24,000 nucleotides of DNA from Thermoleophilia bacterium (GTDB taxonomy: Bacteria > Actinomycetota > Thermoleophilia > Miltoncostaeales > Miltoncostaeaceae). Where the stretch lies: contig JALOLS010000076.1 in assembly GCA_025455865.1 (NCBI GenBank), positions 1 through 24,000 on the forward strand. The letters are read 5' to 3'. The notes under the pieces are model-generated. The model made no database searches, was not told the origin of the DNA, and saw only the letters and a program-made list of their open reading frames with translations. How positions within the stretch are numbered: position 1 is the first letter of the stretch; each line of letters opens with the position of its first letter. Made by a program: the position numbers and the translations under genes. Below are positions 21,370 to 24,000 of this stretch, piece after piece.

Positions 21370-23067
21370 TCACGCCGGCCCCCCCGGATCGGGCCCGCCG
21401 GGCGCGGAGGCGAGGGGGGCCGCGAACGCGTCCACCGCCGCGCTCACCGTCGGGTACAGGTGCTCGGGGCCGATCGCCGCGAGGACGCCGGCGGCCGCGA
21501 GGCGTTCCTCCATCCGCGTCCGCAGCCGGGCGACGACGAGGGTGATCCCCCCCTGGCGCAGCCCCTCGGCCAGCGCGGAGAGCGCCTCGAGGCCGGTCGC
21601 ATCGACGTGCACGATCGCCTCCGCGTCGAGGACGAGGCAGGCGACCGGATCCCTCGCCCCCCGGATCGCCTCGTGCACGCGTGCGGTGACGTAGCGCGCG
21701 TTGGCGAAGAAGAGCCGGTCGTCGAGGCGGTAGACGACCACGCCCGGGGTCACCCGCGCGGACGGATGCAGCGCGACGTCGGCGTAGCGCCCGAGGCGCT
21801 CGACCCAGCCCAGCACCGCGTCGTGGGGCCGGGCGCTGCGGCGGACCGTGTCGATCACCGAGAGGCCCACCGCGACCACCAGGGCCTCCAGGACGCCGAA
21901 GACGACGACGCACGCCGCCGTGACGGCGGCGATCGCCACCTCGACCGGGTCGACGGCGGCGAGGGCCCTCCACGCCGCCGGTGCGACGAGCCCCAGCGCG
22001 GCGAAGACGATGACCGAGCCCAGCACCGCCTTCGGCAGGTACTGGACCGGCGCGGTGAGGAACAGCAGGATCGCGGCCACCGACCCGGCGGCGACGAGGC
22101 CGGCGATCTGGCTGTGGACCCGCATGTCGTCGCTCACCGCCGTACGCGAGCCGCTCGCACCGACCGGGAATCCCTGCGTGAACCCGGCCGCCGCGCTGGC
22201 AGCACCCATCGCGAGCAGCTCCTGCGAGCCGCGCACGCTCTGGCCGTGCCGGCCGGCGAAGGAGCGGGCGGTGAGGATCTCGTCCGCGAAGCAGACGAGG
22301 AAGATGCCGAGCGCCGCGGGCACGAGCCGCACGGCGTCGGCCAGCCCCGGCCCCGGCACCGCGACGCTCGGCAGCCCGGAGGGGATCGGCCCCACGATCG
22401 CGACCCCGCGCGCGGCGAGGTCGACGGCCCATGAGATGCCGATCGCCACGACGACCACGATCAGCGCCGCCGGCACCCTGGGCACGACCCGCCGGAGGCC
22501 GAGGAGGGCCGCCAGCGACGCCGCGCTGACCGCGAGGGTCGCGCCGCTGACGCCTCCGAGCTCGGTGGCGGCCTCCCACAGCTGGCCGAGGGGCTGGTCG
22601 GCGTCGATGGAGAGGCCGAGGAGCTTCCCGAGCTGCCCGGCGATCAGCACCACCGCGACCCCGTGGATGTAGCCGACCAGCACGGGCCGCGAGAAGTAGT
22701 CCGCGACCCACCCCAGGCGCAGCACCCAGGCGGCCACGAAGCAGATCGCGACGAGGATGGCGAGCATGGCCGCCTGCTCGGCGGCGTCCGCGGAGCCCGC
22801 GGCGGCGACCGGGAGGACGGCCGCGGCGACGAGGGTGGCGATCGAGCCCTCGGGGCCGACGACGAGCTGTCGCGACGACCCGAGCAACGCATAGGCGACG
22901 GCCGGGAGCAGCAGGGCGTAGAGGCCGTTCACCGGCGGCACACCCGCCACCTCGGCATAGGCCATCCCCGAGGGGACCGAGAGGGCCGCGACCGTCACCC
23001 CCGCCACGACGTCCCGCCGGGCGCGCGGGAGGCGGTAGCCCGGGAGCAGCGCCGCGACGGGGAGCAC
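21370..23067 (-). CDS. SulP-family anion transporter with a C-terminal STAS domain
   Basis: 565 aa. Motifs: DVVAGVTVAALSVPSGMAYAEVAGVPPVNGLYALLLPAVAYALLGSSRQLVVGP (SulP signature region). STAS: VVVYRLDDRLFFANARYV...LVLDAEAIVHVDATGLEAL. Confidence 0.9.
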   Translation of the reverse strand: MLPVAALLPGYRLPRARRDVVAGVTVAALSVPSGMAYAEVAGVPPVNGLYALLLPAVAYALLGSSRQLVVGPEGSIATLVAAAVLPVAAAGSADAAEQAAMLAILVAICFVAAWVLRLGWVADYFSRPVLVGYIHGVAVVLIAGQLGKLLGLSIDADQPLGQLWEAATELGGVSGATLAVSAASLAALLGLRRVVPRVPAALIVVVVAIGISWAVDLAARGVAIVGPIPSGLPSVAVPGPGLADAVRLVPAALGIFLVCFADEILTARSFAGRHGQSVRGSQELLAMGAASAAAGFTQGFPVGASGSRTAVSDDMRVHSQIAGLVAAGSVAAILLFLTAPVQYLPKAVLGSVIVFAALGLVAPAAWRALAAVDPVEVAIAAVTAACVVVFGVLEALVVAVGLSVIDTVRRSARPHDAVLGWVERLGRYADVALHPSARVTPGVVVYRLDDRLFFANARYVTARVHEAIRGARDPVACLVLDAEAIVHVDATGLEALSALAEGLRQGGITLVVARLRTRMEERLAAAGVLAAIGPEHLYPTVSAAVDAFAAPLASAPGGPDPGGPA

Positions 23068-23543
23068 ACGGGTCAGGAGCGGCCCCCGCCGCGCCGGCAG
23101 GAACGGCGCCGGGCGCCCGTCGCCGGCCGCCGCGGGCGTGGGGCGGCCCTCGCCGCCGTCCCCTCGGATGGCCGGGCCCAGGACCGCCCTCCTCCTCGAC
23201 GTGCCTCGAACGACACGCTATGGGCGTCCGGAGCGGTCGAGAAGGCGGAGCGACGACGTTCATCCGGGATGATTCCCGCGGCGGTGGGGACCTGGGCGGA
23301 AGGCCCACGCTCTTCATGAACACCTGTCTGGGTGACCGCGGCCCCGACCCCGCGCAACTGCCCGTGGAGACCGTCGGGCGAGCGGGAGCAGGCCATCCTC
23401 GCCGCGAGGGAGCGGACCAACCTGGGCCCGGCCCGCCCGGCCGGCCGGCCTGGTCGGGCATCGGCGGTCGACCATCTGCAAGGCCCTTCGCCGTCACGGG
23501 GCCTCCCGCCGCCGGCGCGGCCCGGCCTGGATACCTGCACCTT

Positions 23544-23592
23544 CCGCCTGCCCTCCAGGCGGCAGCGCGGGTTCCGCATGCCGTTGAGGGCA
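23544..23592 (+). pseudogene. Decayed copy of the 3' two-thirds of tRNA-Glu (anticodon stem to discriminator); either an att-like direct repeat or a tRNA pseudogene
   Basis: Manual alignment of 20091-20136 against 23544-23592. Identical blocks are CCGCC, GGCGGCAGC, CGGGTTC and CCGTTGAGGGCA. The anticodon loop (9 nt, TGCCCTCCA) and T loop (TTCCGCAT) are destroyed. It has the same orientation as the intact tRNA. Confidence 0.55.
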
Positions 23593-23693
23593 CTGGCCGC
23601 GTCCCGCTCAGCCCTGGCGTGGCGGGAGGGCGGCTGGAGCGGGCTCACTCTGCCCGCACAGCCCGCTCGCCCCTCGCCCCGGTCAAGCTCGCC

Positions 23694-24000
23694 TCACGCC
23701 GGCGCGGCGTGGCGGATGGTGAAGCTCGAGGCCTCGGTGATCGTGCCCTGCCAGTGGGTCCCGATCCTGTGGGTGTGTCCGCCGCTCCCGAGCGACGACG
23801 CGTACGTCGTGGAGGTTCCGACGGTCGTCGTCCAGACCGCGTCGTCGGATCCGGGGAGCCAGCCGGCGATGAGATAGACGTCCTGGTCACCCTGCCGCTC
23901 GGCGGCGTGGCCCATCCGCCAGCCGTCACGGTAGAGGCTGGGTTCATCGGGGGCCGCCACGGGGAACGTCGTCCCCTCTACCCGCCACGTCGCGGTCGAG
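23694..24000 (-). CDS. Partial CDS (5' end beyond the window): hypothetical protein, C-terminal about 100 aa
   Basis: The track ORF 23694..23960 extends in frame to the window edge: STATWRVEGTTFPVAAPDEPSLYRDGWRMGHAAERQGDQDVYLIAGWLPGSDDAVWTTTVGTSTTYASSLGSGGHTHRIGTHWQGTITEASSFTIRHAAPA. It is non-repetitive and not Arg/Pro-biased. Third-position A/T codons (gat, gaa, tat, gga, cgt, ggt) are more frequent than in neighbouring genes. Confidence 0.45.
   Translation of the reverse strand, partial: STATWRVEGTTFPVAAPDEPSLYRDGWRMGHAAERQGDQDVYLIAGWLPGSDDAVWTTTVGTSTTYASSLGSGGHTHRIGTHWQGTITEASSFTIRHAAPA

Noticed and set aside
23370-23540. The plus-frame translation EREQAILAARERTNLGPARPAGRPGRASAVDHL...GLPPPARPGLD vaguely resembles the HTH region of IS481-type transposases (…LGPARIAxxLGxxxSTVHRxL…GL…LD).
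   Set aside because: - The similarity is about 40 aa, weak and drawn from memory.
- No DDE catalytic region follows.
- The frame is Pro/Arg/Gly-biased like the shadow ORFs.
- It is worth a tblastn check but is not supportable as a feature.
21338-23593. Upstream 750 codons of the 1123-aa minus ORF.
   Set aside because: - It overlaps the SulP gene out of frame.
- Its composition is Arg/Gly/Pro junk.
- Only the terminal 371 codons (the membrane protein) are credible.
23073-23648. 191-aa minus ORF and 181-aa plus ORF (23332..23877) in the region upstream of SulP.
   Set aside because: - Both are Arg/Pro/Gly/Ala-rich with no motifs.
- They overlap the tRNA-like fragment.
- The plus ORF runs antisense into the better-supported 23694+ gene.
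1-24000. I looked for CRISPR arrays, rRNA, intact IS elements, integrases, toxin-antitoxin pairs and known defence-system genes.
   Set aside because: I saw no spaced direct-repeat arrays, no rRNA-like conserved blocks, and no transposase, integrase or defence signatures beyond the decayed tRNA repeat.

Overview
This is a very high-GC (roughly 70-75% by eye) chromosomal segment, probably from an Actinomycetota-type genome (inference from composition, GTG/TTG starts, 4-nt gene overlaps and gene content). Most long ORFs in the six-frame track are GC-driven antisense shadows. I support about 28 protein genes, one tRNA-Glu(UUC) and one decayed tRNA-Glu-like fragment. Gene order, left to right:
- Cell-envelope genes: a GerMN/PG-binding protein (partial), a CE4 polysaccharide deacetylase and a LytR_C membrane protein.
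- A NERD-like protein, then crcB-crcB and a three-repeat DUF190 protein (fluoride export module).
- A 40-aa membrane ORF, then trkH-trkA.
- A minus-strand run of cspA, a secreted protein, a PilZ protein and a GH63-like hydrolase.
- A Cys-containing secreted protein.
- Two tandem radical SAM/SPASM (NirJ/AhbC/AhbD-like) genes, divergent from a run of cupredoxin, L,D-transpeptidase, GH3 NagZ-like and SRPBCC genes.
- A GAF-GGDEF protein carrying a CarH-type (Wx9EH) cobalamin-binding module whose Rossmann half is frameshifted or deleted.
- An ECF sigma/anti-sigma pair and two zinc-ribbon proteins.
- tRNA-Glu, a membrane protein, a SulP/STAS transporter, the decayed tRNA-Glu copy, and a partial gene with atypical codon usage.

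The most interesting items are the B12-photoreceptor-like diguanylate cyclase (with a canonical PilZ receptor elsewhere in the window), the orphan rSAM/SPASM pair next to a cupredoxin with a structured divergent intergenic region, the single-chain triple DUF190, and the tRNA-Glu 3' duplication bracketing about 3.4 kb. No CRISPR array, rRNA or intact mobile element was seen. All family calls come from motif recognition by eye, with no database searches.
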